Of a stretch of 64,000 nt of DNA, positions 30,229-40,308 are shown in pieces. The stretch spans positions 4,608,001-4,672,000 of the forward strand of contig OZ241362.1 of NCBI GenBank assembly GCA_965200315.1, written 5' to 3'. Position numbers and translations under genes: made by a program. Position 1 is the first letter of the stretch. Every line of letters starts with the position of its first letter. The notes beneath the pieces were generated by a model. The model did no database searches, was not told the origin of the DNA, and worked only from the letters and a program-made list of their open reading frames with translations. Source of the DNA: Candidatus Latescibacterota bacterium (lineage in GTDB: Bacteria > Latescibacterota > UBA2968 > UBA8231).

Positions 30229-31486
30229 CATGCGACGCGCACCTAATAGACTCTATCTTCATATTTTTCAGCTAGTTATCCTTCTTATCTTTCTTTCCTT
30301 ACAAGGCGCAGTCGCCTCCACAAGGCCGTCCTTGCATCTAGAAGGGTACGGCGAGATGCTCTATTCCCACTTTGATTTCGGCCCCGACCAGAAAAGCGGG
30401 CCTCACGGTTCTCCCCCGGACAGCCGCGCCATCATCGACATCACTCGCCTCGCGCTCGAACTAGAAGTCGAGTTGCTCAAAAATATCGAGCTGGAAGCCG
30501 AGGTGGAATTTGAGCACGGCGGCACTGGTGCGGCGCTGGCATTGGAGTTTGAGGAATTCGGCGAGTTTGAGCAGGAAATCGAAAAAGGCGGCGAAGTCGT
30601 CGTCGAAGAGCTGGCTGTCGAGCGAACCTTCAGCGATGCCTTCCGCGTCCGCTTGGGGCATTTCTACGTCGCCGTGGGCCACTTGAGCCATCGCTTCCAT
30701 CCCGCGGATTTCTTCGGCTCCCGGCGCTCGGAAGCCGAGACTTCTATCATCCCGGCTCTCTGGCACGAGACCGGTGTGGAAGTCGCCGGAGCCCATCGGG
30801 GCTGGCGCTACCAGCTACAGCTAGTCAACGGCTTGGATGCGACCGGTTTCAGCTCGCAAAACTGGATTGTCGGCGGCCACCAAAAGCGCTTTGAGACGAT
30901 TCAGGCGACCAATATGGCTTGGGTCGCTCGCCTCGATTATGAGTTCGCTCCGCACTGTGTGCTGGGTATTTCCGGCTATCGCGGCGATAGCGCCGACAAC
31001 CGCCCCAAGCCCGATATGGAAGGCATTGACGCGCACGTCTCCCTCGTCGATGTACACGGCAGCTTCGATCGGGGGCGGGTCCGCATGCGAGGGCTATATC
31101 TCTATGGACATCTGCAAAATGCCGCCCTCGTCAGCGCCCGCAACCGCACCCTATCGAACAACCTCGACGTCTTGCGCTCGCCGGTAGCCCGAAAGGCGTA
31201 TGCGGCCTTCGCCGAAGTCGGCTACGACGTCCTGCCTTGGCTGGCCGCTTCCTCGCCCGACCGCTTGGACTTGTTCATCCGCTTGGACGCATACGACAGC
31301 ATGGCCGCGGTCCCGGACGAGACGTTTGACAATCCGCGCTTTGCGCGCCGGGTCTATACCTTGGGCGCAAACTACAACATGGAAGAAACCGTAGTGCTCA
31401 AAGCCGATTACGCCATGCGGCGGCTAGGTGCCGCTCGCTTTAACCCTGAAAACACCCTGAGCTTGGGGCTGGGATTTCAGTTCTAG
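30229..31486 (+). CDS. Outer-membrane beta-barrel/porin associated with the imelysin cluster
   Basis: Signal-like N-terminus, EVEFEHGG, IIPALWHETG, C-terminal LGLGFQF; start uncertain (30199 or 30229). Confidence 0.75.
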
Positions 31487-31566
31487 AAAACATTCACAGT
31501 GAAACCGGGCACTGGTGGAAGTCGCCTGTGCGCTCGCTTTCAATTTTGACTAAAGGAGCTGACCTT

Positions 31567-32643
31567 ATGAAAGCCACACTCTTGCGACTGAGGAGCGGAC
31601 TAGCCGCTTGCAGCTTGCTGCTAGTTGCCGGCTGCGGCGACGACAGCGACGCGCCCACCGGGCCAGCCGCGGCCGGGTTCGACTTTGGCCCCATCTTGAG
31701 CAACTTCACCGACCAAGTCATCATTGCCACGTACGCGGACTTGGACGAGCGGGCCGGCGAACTGCTTGCCGCAGTCGAAGCCCTGAGCAGCGATTCTACG
31801 CCCGAAAACCTCAGTGCTGCCCGCAACGCTTGGGTGGCCACGCGCATCCCCTGGGAAGCCAGCGAGGGATTTCTCTTCGGGCCGGTGGATTTCAACGGCT
31901 ACGATCCAGCGCTCGACAGTTGGCCGGTCAACCGCACGGACTTGGACGGAGTATTGGCCAGCGACAACGACTTGACGACCGCGTACGTGAACAGTCTGGA
32001 CGGAACCCTCAAGGGCTTCCACACCATTGAGTACCTGCTCTTTGACGAAGGCGGCAGCAAGACTGCGGCCGATTTCACCGAGCGCGAGTTCGTCTATCTG
32101 ATCGCCACGACCCAAGATCTAAAGGCCACTACCGAGGCCCTGCACACGAGTTGGATCGCCTCCGGTGGCAACTTTGGCCAAAAGGTCCGCAACGCCGGCC
32201 GTGGCAGCGACGCGTATCCGTCCGCCCAGTCGGCAGTCCAAGAAATGGTCAACGGCATGATCGGCATCTGCGACGAGGTGGCCAACGGCAAAATCGCCGA
32301 TCCCTTCGTCGAGCAAGATACCCGCCTCGTCGAATCCCAATTCAGCTTCAATTCTATCGCCGACTTCCAAAACAACCTGCGCAGCGTCCATCACGTCTAT
32401 ACCGGCGACTACGCGGGCATCGGATCGGGCTTGGACGAATTTATCCGCCAAGCCGACGCCGACCTCGATCAGCGGCTCAAACGGGAGATCCAAACGGCCA
32501 TCGACGAGATTGGCAATATCCAACAGCCCTTCCGCGACGCCATTGCCTCGGATCGGGACCAAATCGAGAAGGCGCAGGCCGCGGTGGCCAAAGTCCAGCA
32601 AACCTTGGAGGAAGGTATCCTGCCGTTGGTTTTAGGTAATTAA
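31567..32643 (+). CDS. Imelysin family iron-regulated lipoprotein (IrpA-like)
   Basis: Lipobox LLVAGC, WEASEGFLFGP, LDSWP, GFHTIE (GxHxxE), ESQFS. Confidence 0.9.
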   Translation: MKATLLRLRSGLAACSLLLVAGCGDDSDAPTGPAAAGFDFGPILSNFTDQVIIATYADLDERAGELLAAVEALSSDSTPENLSAARNAWVATRIPWEASEGFLFGPVDFNGYDPALDSWPVNRTDLDGVLASDNDLTTAYVNSLDGTLKGFHTIEYLLFDEGGSKTAADFTEREFVYLIATTQDLKATTEALHTSWIASGGNFGQKVRNAGRGSDAYPSAQSAVQEMVNGMIGICDEVANGKIADPFVEQDTRLVESQFSFNSIADFQNNLRSVHHVYTGDYAGIGSGLDEFIRQADADLDQRLKREIQTAIDEIGNIQQPFRDAIASDRDQIEKAQAAVAKVQQTLEEGILPLVLGN

Positions 32644-32656
32644 CCTCGTTTCTCGC

Positions 32657-34045
32657 ATGATCATTACCCGTATATCTATACTCTGTATAGGCCTCCTTAT
32701 GCTCACCCACTGCGGCGACGACCGGGGGTTAGACCCAACTCCCGTGGAAGACGACCGCGCCCTATCCGGCGGGGCGGCAACGGTCTTTGACGCCAGCAGT
32801 TTGGCCTTTGAAAACCCCATCCCCTCTTTGGACGGGATGCAAATGGACCGCTTTTTGGCCGGAGACGCGGCCTTTGGACAGGTCTTTGTCACCTCGCCGG
32901 CCGAAGTGGGGCACGGCTTAGGGCCGGTTTTCAATCAGACCTCGTGCGTGGGCTGTCACGCTCGCGATGGCCGGGGGCGCGAAGGGTTTGGCGAGGTCGC
33001 TCCTTTTATCGGCTCCATGCTCATGCGGGTCAGCCTACCCGGCACCAATCCCGAAGTGCCCGGGGGACCGCAGCCTGTGCCGGGCTTTGGCGAACAGATC
33101 GGGGATCGCGCCGTTTTCGAGGTTGCGCCCGAGGCGCGGATCGACGTCACCTACTTTGAGGAGACCCGCCATTTTGCCGACGGCACCGCGTACTCCCTGC
33201 GCTTTCCGGTTTACGACGTAGTGGAGACCTATCAGCCATTGCCGGCGGACGTGCTGTTCTCGCCGCGCATGGCCCCGCCGGTTTTTGGCCGCGGCCTGCT
33301 CGAAGCCATTCCCGAAGAGACCATTCTGGCGCTGGCCGACCCCGGCGACCGCGATGGCGATGGCATATCCGGCCGCCCCAATCGAGTGTACAACTTCCGC
33401 ACGCAACAGACTGAATTGGGCCGCTTTGGCCTCAAGGCCAACAATCCCAACCTATTGCAGCAGGTCGCCGGGGCCTACCAACAGGACATGGGGATTACCA
33501 ATCCCTATTTCCCCGAGGAGTCCACCGCCGGCCAGCCACAAATGGACGAGCACCAAGACGACCCTGAAATCGGCCAAGAGACCTTGGATATCAACACCTT
33601 TTACGTGCGCACCCTAGCGGTGCCCGCCCGCCGCAACATCGACGATCCGCAGGCTTTGCGCGGCGAAGTGCTCTTTGCCGCGGCTCAGTGCTCGGGGTGC
33701 CACATCCCCACCCTGCAGACGGGCCACCACGAGATTGCGGCCCTAGCCAACCAGACCATTCGTCCCTACACGGACCTGCTATTGCACGATATGGGGGAAG
33801 AGTTGGCCGACGATCGTCCCGACTTTGAGGCCGATGGCCGCGAGTGGCGTACGCCGCCGCTGTGGGGCATTGGCCTGACGGCAACGGTCAACGGCATTCC
33901 AGCGTATCTGCACGATGGACGAGCACGTACGCTGATGGAAGCGGTCATGTTCCACGGCGGCGAAGCGGAAGCAGCGCGGGAGTTTGTGCGCCAACTCAGC
34001 GAGAGCGACCGGGACGCGCTCGTGGCCTTTTTGCAGTCCCTGTGA
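32657..34045 (+). CDS. Di-heme oxidoreductase (DHOR) family lipoprotein
   Basis: GLGPVFNQTSCVGCH, GRFGLKA, CSGCH, YTDLLLHDMG, WRTPPLWG, YLHDGRART. Confidence 0.92.
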   Translation: MIITRISILCIGLLMLTHCGDDRGLDPTPVEDDRALSGGAATVFDASSLAFENPIPSLDGMQMDRFLAGDAAFGQVFVTSPAEVGHGLGPVFNQTSCVGCHARDGRGREGFGEVAPFIGSMLMRVSLPGTNPEVPGGPQPVPGFGEQIGDRAVFEVAPEARIDVTYFEETRHFADGTAYSLRFPVYDVVETYQPLPADVLFSPRMAPPVFGRGLLEAIPEETILALADPGDRDGDGISGRPNRVYNFRTQQTELGRFGLKANNPNLLQQVAGAYQQDMGITNPYFPEESTAGQPQMDEHQDDPEIGQETLDINTFYVRTLAVPARRNIDDPQALRGEVLFAAAQCSGCHIPTLQTGHHEIAALANQTIRPYTDLLLHDMGEELADDRPDFEADGREWRTPPLWGIGLTATVNGIPAYLHDGRARTLMEAVMFHGGEAEAAREFVRQLSESDRDALVAFLQSL

Positions 34046-34220
34046 TTGCGGCTTACAAGAACTATGTAGCAAGTATAATAGAAGCTATTTGCGAAATCCC
34101 CATAACGGTCATTCCCCACCCCACAGCCCCTGTCCACTCGTCGTTCCCGCAGCTAATTTTACCTGACCCTTGCATGCGCTCAGCGCCTTGATAGAGGGGC
34201 CAAAAAGGTGCCTTATATAC

Positions 34221-34359
34221 GACCTATCTATCTATACACGAGTCCGGTTCCATCGGGCTGCCTCACTGCGGCAGGTACGAGGTGTAGACCCCGCGAATCC
34301 GGTAGCGATCTGGGAGCCGGACGCCGCCGGCTAAGCCGGGTGCCGTTCTAAATAGGGTC
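34221..34359 (+). ncRNA. Candidate structured non-coding RNA, family unassigned
   Basis: Nested stems GTCCGGTTCC/GGAGCCGGAC, ATCG/CGAT, CTGCC/GGCAG, CCGGC/GCCGG and an imperfect closing stem GACCTATCTA/TAAATAGGGTC; follows a promoter-like TTGATA..TATATA. Confidence 0.4.
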
Positions 34360-34447
34360 ATCAGTGCTTGCGTGCGCTTGCCCTTTGATAGAGGGTCAAT
34401 AAAAAGTGTCTCATTCTGTCTAATCCAACTTCACAGAGGCAACGACC

Positions 34448-35440
34448 GTGAAAGCACAACAATTGATATGCACAGACATCCGGCAGATCGAATTGACGGA
34501 ATTTGAGCTGCCGCGCATGCCCGACCACGGCATTTTGGTGCAAAACGATTACACCGCCGTAAGCGTTGGTACGGAAATCTACGGCTACGCACACGGCGGC
34601 GAACCAGCGAGTGCGATAACATTTCCGCGCTCCACCGGCTATTGCAACACGGGCGTGGTGCTCGAAGTCGGCAAAGACGTGCAGGGGATACAACCCGGCG
34701 ACCGCATTGCTGGCCAAGGCAACCACGCAAGCCACGCGGTCCTGACCGGCAATTTCCGCAAAGCACCCGCCGGCGTTGCGCCCAAATCTGCGACATTCAT
34801 GGTCATGGCTGCCATTGCCCTGCACGGGCATCGGGTTGGCCGTCCCGAATTGGGTGAAGCTGTTGCCATCACCGGCATGGGCATTGTGGGCCAATTGGCA
34901 GCGACCTTTGCGCGGTTGGCTGGTGCCCTCCCGGTCATTGCAATCGATTTGGACGATTTCCGCTTGGGCAAAGCCAAAGACCGAGGCGCGGATGTTTGCA
35001 TCAATCCCAACACCACCAGTGATGTCGCCGAAATCGTGCGCCAGCATTGCGTGGGCGATGGCGTCGATCTAGTCATCGAAGCAACCGGCATCCCCGCCGT
35101 CTATCCCATGGCCCTAACCTTGCCGCGACTAGGAGGCCGCCTAGTCGCACTAGGGTCTCCACGTGGCACTGTCGAAGTAAGTTTTCTACCCGAAGTTCAC
35201 CAGCGCGAAATTGCCATCCTCGGCGCACATCAGCCCAAAACCCCGGACGACGACCACATCTACTATTCTTGGAACAAAACCAGAGACCGCCATCTGGTCT
35301 TGCGTTTGATGGCCGCAGGTAAGCTGCCCATCGAAGACCTAATCACCCACGTCGCCAACCCCGCCGATTGCCAACTCACCTACGACATGCTCGCCGACAA
35401 TCCACAAGAAGCGTTGGGCGTGGTATTTGCATGGACGTGA
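34448..35440 (+). CDS. Zinc-binding (MDR) dehydrogenase family protein
   Basis: VSVGTE, TGYCNTG, GMGIVG, VIEATG, EDLITH. Confidence 0.88.
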   Translation: MKAQQLICTDIRQIELTEFELPRMPDHGILVQNDYTAVSVGTEIYGYAHGGEPASAITFPRSTGYCNTGVVLEVGKDVQGIQPGDRIAGQGNHASHAVLTGNFRKAPAGVAPKSATFMVMAAIALHGHRVGRPELGEAVAITGMGIVGQLAATFARLAGALPVIAIDLDDFRLGKAKDRGADVCINPNTTSDVAEIVRQHCVGDGVDLVIEATGIPAVYPMALTLPRLGGRLVALGSPRGTVEVSFLPEVHQREIAILGAHQPKTPDDDHIYYSWNKTRDRHLVLRLMAAGKLPIEDLITHVANPADCQLTYDMLADNPQEALGVVFAWT

Positions 35441-35591
35441 TTCCGAGAACCTCGCCCAAGCTCTTGATCTGGTTGGCTAGGATGACTCCCGCCACAGTCC
35501 TAGATGGGAGGAAGGGCAACCTCAAAGGAACGGGCCATTGCCCCAGCCCCGGCGGTTGGGTACATTGAATTTTTGTAGGCAGGCGTAGAAA

Positions 35592-36347
35592 ATGAGCTAC
35601 AAATTGGCGTACAGCGGGCTATTCTGGCGGGCACCCGACCTAGCGCAAGAGCTAGAGGCCCTGCGGACTTTTGGCTGGGATGGCTGGGAAGCGCGGCAAC
35701 CGCTCGACTGGTTGGGTACGCCGCAGCGCGTGCGCCAGCTCTGCGAGGCATATGGTGTGGAAGTGGCCGCCGTCTGCGGCCCGAATGTCGCGCTGGACCT
35801 CGACGGGCCGAGCCAACAGATCAACAAGCGGCGAATCGAGTTTGCTGCCGAGCTCGGGGTCGAAACCTTTATGACCAAAGGGCCGGGGCGCGCAGGCCGT
35901 AACAGCACGGACGCGGAGTTGGACCAGATGGCGACTGTGTACGAGGATCTGGCGGCGTACGGCGCGAACTTGGGCGTTATGGTTACATTTCATCCACATA
36001 TCAATCACCTCGTCGATAGTGCCGACGAGTGGAAGCGCTTCATGAGGCGCCTAGACGCGTGTCGCCTCTGCATGGACATGTCTCACGCCGTGCATTGGGG
36101 CTACGACCCGGTGCAAGCCGTGCGCGACTTCGCCGCGCGGATCGCGTACGTACATCTGCACGATTTCAAGGATGGACAGACCGTGGAACTGGGCGAAGGC
36201 CCCATGTGCGACTACCCGGCATTTATGGCGGCGTTGCAGGAAGCCGAATACGCCGGCTGGATCACGGTCTGCCCTGGAGAAGCCGCACGGCCCGAAACCG
36301 AAAAGATGCAAATCAACCGCCAGTACCTGCACAGCATTGGCTATTAG
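35592..36347 (+). CDS. Sugar phosphate isomerase/epimerase (AP endonuclease 2 TIM barrel, IolE-like)
   Basis: TFHPH, CMDMSH, YVHLHD, ELGEG. Confidence 0.82.
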   Translation: MSYKLAYSGLFWRAPDLAQELEALRTFGWDGWEARQPLDWLGTPQRVRQLCEAYGVEVAAVCGPNVALDLDGPSQQINKRRIEFAAELGVETFMTKGPGRAGRNSTDAELDQMATVYEDLAAYGANLGVMVTFHPHINHLVDSADEWKRFMRRLDACRLCMDMSHAVHWGYDPVQAVRDFAARIAYVHLHDFKDGQTVELGEGPMCDYPAFMAALQEAEYAGWITVCPGEAARPETEKMQINRQYLHSIGY

Positions 36348-36367
36348 AAGCGCAGAGGAGAAAAAGC

Positions 36368-37495
36368 ATGAGTCAGATACAGGCAGCGATCATGACCGGC
36401 CCCGGCCAGATCGCTGTGCGCTCGTATCCCAAACCCCAAATCGGCGACGACGAAGTCCTATTGAAGATCGAACGCACCGGCATCTGCGGCAGCGACAAGC
36501 ACATGTTCGCCGGCCACATGGCCCTGCCGTTTCCCGTGATACCCGGGCACGAATTAGTAGGCATCGTCGAGGAGATGGGGCCGGCCGCAGCCGATAGCTT
36601 GGCCATAGTGGGCGGCCCGGTTGCAGTGGGAGACCGCGTGACGACAACGCCCTCGTCGCGGGCCTGTGGACGGTGCTATTACTGCCTGCACATGCCCCAG
36701 CGGCCCACCCTGTGCTCCAACCGCTTTGTGTACGGATTCGTGTCCGCCGATCTCGCGCCCATGCCGCGCGGCGGCTTTGCCGAATACTTGCATTTGACGG
36801 GCCATTCGTGGCTCTTCAAAATCCCCGACGACCTGCCTTCGGAACGGGCTGTGCTCACCGAGCCAGCCGCTGTGGCCACCCGGGCCGTAGAGCGCGCCTT
36901 AGGGCCGGGCATCCCCCACATCGGCGAAGGGCTGGGCCTCGACAAATCCGTGCTGGTCCTCGGAGCCGGCCCCATCGGTCAGCTCGTAGTAGCAGTACTG
37001 AGCCACATCGGCACCGACTTGATTATCGCCGGCGACCTGAGCGCGTCCCGGCTGGAACTCGCCCGCTCCATGGGTGCTCATCAAGTGCTCGCGATGGGCG
37101 AAGGTAGCCCCGAGCAGCGACAGCAAGCCCTCCACGACATGACCGAGGGCGTGGGGGCCGATATCGTCATTGAAACCGCCGGCGTACCCGTAGCCTTCAA
37201 GGAATCGCTCGACTTGGTGCGTCGGGGTGGCATCGTCGTGGAGGTGGGGCACTTCACCGATCCAGGAGCCGTGGAGATACGTCCGCACATCGTCTGTTTT
37301 AAGGATTTGGACATCCGCGGCATGTGGGCGTACCCTTCCATGCAGTTCAAGACCGCGCTATCTTTCTTGCGCCGCACGACCGCGCCTTTAAATCGCTTTA
37401 TCACGCATCGGCTGCCGCTGTCCCACATCCGCGAAGGGCTCGACATTACCGGCGGCGAAGCAGCCATGAAGGTAGTGGTGGAGCCGGGCAATTAA
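36368..37495 (+). CDS. Zinc-dependent alcohol dehydrogenase
   Basis: GICGSD, PGHE, CGRCYYC..C, GAGPIG; start ATG 36368. Confidence 0.92.
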   Translation: MSQIQAAIMTGPGQIAVRSYPKPQIGDDEVLLKIERTGICGSDKHMFAGHMALPFPVIPGHELVGIVEEMGPAAADSLAIVGGPVAVGDRVTTTPSSRACGRCYYCLHMPQRPTLCSNRFVYGFVSADLAPMPRGGFAEYLHLTGHSWLFKIPDDLPSERAVLTEPAAVATRAVERALGPGIPHIGEGLGLDKSVLVLGAGPIGQLVVAVLSHIGTDLIIAGDLSASRLELARSMGAHQVLAMGEGSPEQRQQALHDMTEGVGADIVIETAGVPVAFKESLDLVRRGGIVVEVGHFTDPGAVEIRPHIVCFKDLDIRGMWAYPSMQFKTALSFLRRTTAPLNRFITHRLPLSHIREGLDITGGEAAMKVVVEPGN

Positions 37496-37541
37496 CCGTT
37501 TGACAGTCGCGTTAGGCTAACCCAAACTTGGGGAAAGAGAA

Positions 37542-38711
37542 ATGGCAATAATACGACCTAAGATCCTCGTCGTCGATGACGAGCCAGATTTAGAGCACCT
37601 AGTAAGGCAGCGCATGCGCCGCGAAATTCGCTCGGGTCAGTACAGCTTTGTGTTTGCCCAAAACGGCGTTGAAGCCTTAGAGGTGCTAAGCGAAGAGCAA
37701 GACATCGACATGGTGCTCTCGGATATCAACATGCCCCGAATGGACGGACTTACCTTGCTAGAGCAGATCCCCAAGGTGGATCCCAATGTCCGCTCGGTCA
37801 TCGTCTCGGCATACGGCGACATGAAGAACATCCGCACGGCCATGAACCGGGGTGCGTTTGACTTCATCACCAAGCCCATCGACTTCGAGGACATGAAGGT
37901 GACCATCCAGCGGACCTTGCGCCATCTAGAGCTGTGGCGCGATGCGCTGGAATCGCGCGACAAACTGGTCGCCCTGCAAAACGAGCTCAACGTGGCCAAC
38001 AAGATGCAGCAGTCCATCTTGCCCACCAGTTTTCCCAAGGGACCGGGCTTTGAGATCTTCGGCAGCATGAAGCCCGCACGCGACGTCGGCGGCGACTTCT
38101 TCGACGTCTTGTCCCTCGAAGACGGCCGCATCGGCCTCGTCGTCGCCGATGTCTCGGACAAGGGAGTGCCGGCGGCCCTGTTTATGATGTCGAGCCGCAC
38201 CCTGCTGAAGGGCTCGGCCATTGGCCTCGATTCGCCGGGCAAGGTGTTGAGCGAAGTAAATCAACTGCTGCAAGAAGAAAACGACGCCGCCATGTTCGTA
38301 ACCGTGTTTTACGCGACTTTCGACCCAGAAACCGGCGAGTTGGCCTATGCCAATGGCGGGCACAATACCCCGCTCGTGGTCCACGCCGACGGCAGCTCGA
38401 CCGTGTTGCCGGCGCTCGGCGGGGTGGCGCTCGGCGTGGTGCCCGGGTTCACCTACGAAGAAAGCTTGATAACCTTGCAATCCGGCGACCGCGTCGTCTT
38501 GTACACCGACGGCGTTACCGAAGCCGAAAACGCCCAAGGCGACCAGTTCAACCTAGAGCGCCTGTGCGAGATTTTCACCGACGGGACACCTATGGACGCC
38601 CGCACTACCAACGAGGCGGTTTTTGCGGCAGTCGAGACCTTTGCCGGCGATGCTCCTCAATTTGACGACGTCACTTGCCTGACGCTTCACCGCAGCGAGA
38701 CAGACCAATGA
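37542..38711 (+). CDS. Response regulator fused to PP2C (SpoIIE/RsbU-like) phosphatase
   Basis: REC: VVDDE, SDINMP, FDFITKP; PP2C: VGGDFFD, ADVSDKG, ANGGH, YTDG, DDVT. Confidence 0.93.
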   Translation: MAIIRPKILVVDDEPDLEHLVRQRMRREIRSGQYSFVFAQNGVEALEVLSEEQDIDMVLSDINMPRMDGLTLLEQIPKVDPNVRSVIVSAYGDMKNIRTAMNRGAFDFITKPIDFEDMKVTIQRTLRHLELWRDALESRDKLVALQNELNVANKMQQSILPTSFPKGPGFEIFGSMKPARDVGGDFFDVLSLEDGRIGLVVADVSDKGVPAALFMMSSRTLLKGSAIGLDSPGKVLSEVNQLLQEENDAAMFVTVFYATFDPETGELAYANGGHNTPLVVHADGSSTVLPALGGVALGVVPGFTYEESLITLQSGDRVVLYTDGVTEAENAQGDQFNLERLCEIFTDGTPMDARTTNEAVFAAVETFAGDAPQFDDVTCLTLHRSETDQ

Positions 38712-39130
38712 GCACTCATAGATCGCTGCTCATAGCAACTGAACTGGACGAACTGCACAAGGTCAACGCCGCTATTGAGGAGCTAGCAGAGGAAGAAAAC
38801 TGGCCTCCAGACGTCACCTTTCAGATCGGGCTGGCCATCGAGGAAGTGGGGGTCAACATCGTCAGCTACGGACACGCCGACGACAAAGCCCACGAAATCA
38901 AGATCGTCATTTCCTCAAAAGACGAGACCATCACAATCGAGATCGAGGACGACGGCTACGCCTTCAATCCGCTCGTCGACGCGCCAGAGCCAGACTTGAA
39001 CGCCGCTGTTGAGGATCGCACTGTGGGTGGCCTCGGCATCCACCTCGTGCGCTCCATGATGGACGAGGTTCACTACCAGCGACAGCAAGACAAAAACTGC
39101 CTGACCTTGGTCAAGCGGAGGGATAGTTGA
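38708..39130 (+). CDS. RsbW-like anti-sigma factor / Ser kinase (HATPase_c_2)
   Basis: EEVGVNIVSYG, EDDGYAFNP, GGLGIHLV..MD; ATGA overlap with the upstream gene. Confidence 0.9.
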   Translation: MSTHRSLLIATELDELHKVNAAIEELAEEENWPPDVTFQIGLAIEEVGVNIVSYGHADDKAHEIKIVISSKDETITIEIEDDGYAFNPLVDAPEPDLNAAVEDRTVGGLGIHLVRSMMDEVHYQRQQDKNCLTLVKRRDS

Positions 39131-40308
39131 GCAACGCGCTTGCTCGATGCACGGCCGCGCTGTTAGTGGCGAGTGCTGCGCTTGGCGCGGAACTTTCGGC
39201 TGAGCAGCCCGGCGTCGCCGACCGGAGTATCCTCTTTGGCCAATCCGCCGCCTTTAGCGGGCCAGCCCAGAAGTTGGGCCGCAACATGCGGCTCGGGATA
39301 CAGGCGGCCTTCCGGGAGGTGAATGAGCAGGGCGGAGTCCACGGACGCCGGCTCGAATTGGTGTCGCTCGACGATGGGTATGAGCCGGAAGCTGCCATCG
39401 ACAACACCCGCCAGCTGATCGAAGGCGAGCAGGTCTTCGCGCTGATCGGTGCCGTCGGCTCCCCAACCTCGCGTGCAGTTGTTCCCATTGCCGAGGATGA
39501 TGGAGTTCCCTACATCGCTCCCCTCACGGGCAGTAGTTTTCTCCGCGACCCCAAGTGGCACGGCGTGATCAATATGCGTGCCTCCTACTACCAAGAAATC
39601 GAGGAAATCGTCGCCCGTCTGACCGACGACTTGGGCATTGAGCGCATTGCCATAATGTACCAAGACGACTCCTTTGGTCGGGAGGGATTTCGCGGTGTGC
39701 GCCGCGCACTAGAGCGTCGTGCGCTATCCCTCGTGGCGGTTGGCGTGTATCCGCGCAACACCAAGGCAGTAAAGACTGCCCTGCTCGACCTGCGCAGTGG
39801 CCAGCCCAAAGCCGTGATTTTGGTCGGGATCTACCAACCGGTCGCTACCCTCATCGCTTGGGCGCGCCATATCGGGTTTATCCCCATCTTCGCGACCATC
39901 TCTTTTGTAGGCAGCAACGCCTTGGCCCAAGAGATCGGATCCGTTGGCACGGGAGTTTTAGTCTCTCAGGTCGTGCCCTTCCCGATGGCCACCGAGCCGG
40001 CCATCGTCGGCTCGTACCGCAGCGCCCTCGCAGTTCACGCCCCGCGAGCAGAGCCTAGCTTTGTCTCATTCGAGGGCTACCTAGCCGGCCGCTTGGCCAT
40101 CGCCGCCCTCACTAGCTGCGGCCGAGCAGTCAGCCGCGCCTGCCTACTAGACAACTTGCGCCGCGCCGATGTCATCGACCTAGAGGGGTTTGAGCTCCGC
40201 TATGGGGATGGCGACAATCAGGGCTCGGACGCGGTCTTCCTCACCGTGCTCGACAGCGACGGCCAATACCGCCCCATCCGCTCCTTGAAGGGAGCGACGA
40301 AGCGATGA
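39127..40308 (+). CDS. Periplasmic ligand-binding protein (LivK/PBP1-like)
   Basis: FGQSAAFSGP, GGVHGRRLEL..DDGYEP, RASY, YQDDSFG; no permease or ATPase adjacent. Confidence 0.85.
   Translation: MSNALARCTAALLVASAALGAELSAEQPGVADRSILFGQSAAFSGPAQKLGRNMRLGIQAAFREVNEQGGVHGRRLELVSLDDGYEPEAAIDNTRQLIEGEQVFALIGAVGSPTSRAVVPIAEDDGVPYIAPLTGSSFLRDPKWHGVINMRASYYQEIEEIVARLTDDLGIERIAIMYQDDSFGREGFRGVRRALERRALSLVAVGVYPRNTKAVKTALLDLRSGQPKAVILVGIYQPVATLIAWARHIGFIPIFATISFVGSNALAQEIGSVGTGVLVSQVVPFPMATEPAIVGSYRSALAVHAPRAEPSFVSFEGYLAGRLAIAALTSCGRAVSRACLLDNLRRADVIDLEGFELRYGDGDNQGSDAVFLTVLDSDGQYRPIRSLKGATKR

Noticed and set aside
34221-34359. tRNA, SRP, 6S, FMN, SAM or cobalamin riboswitch
   Set aside because: Diagnostic motifs are absent on both strands; kept only as an unassigned RNA candidate
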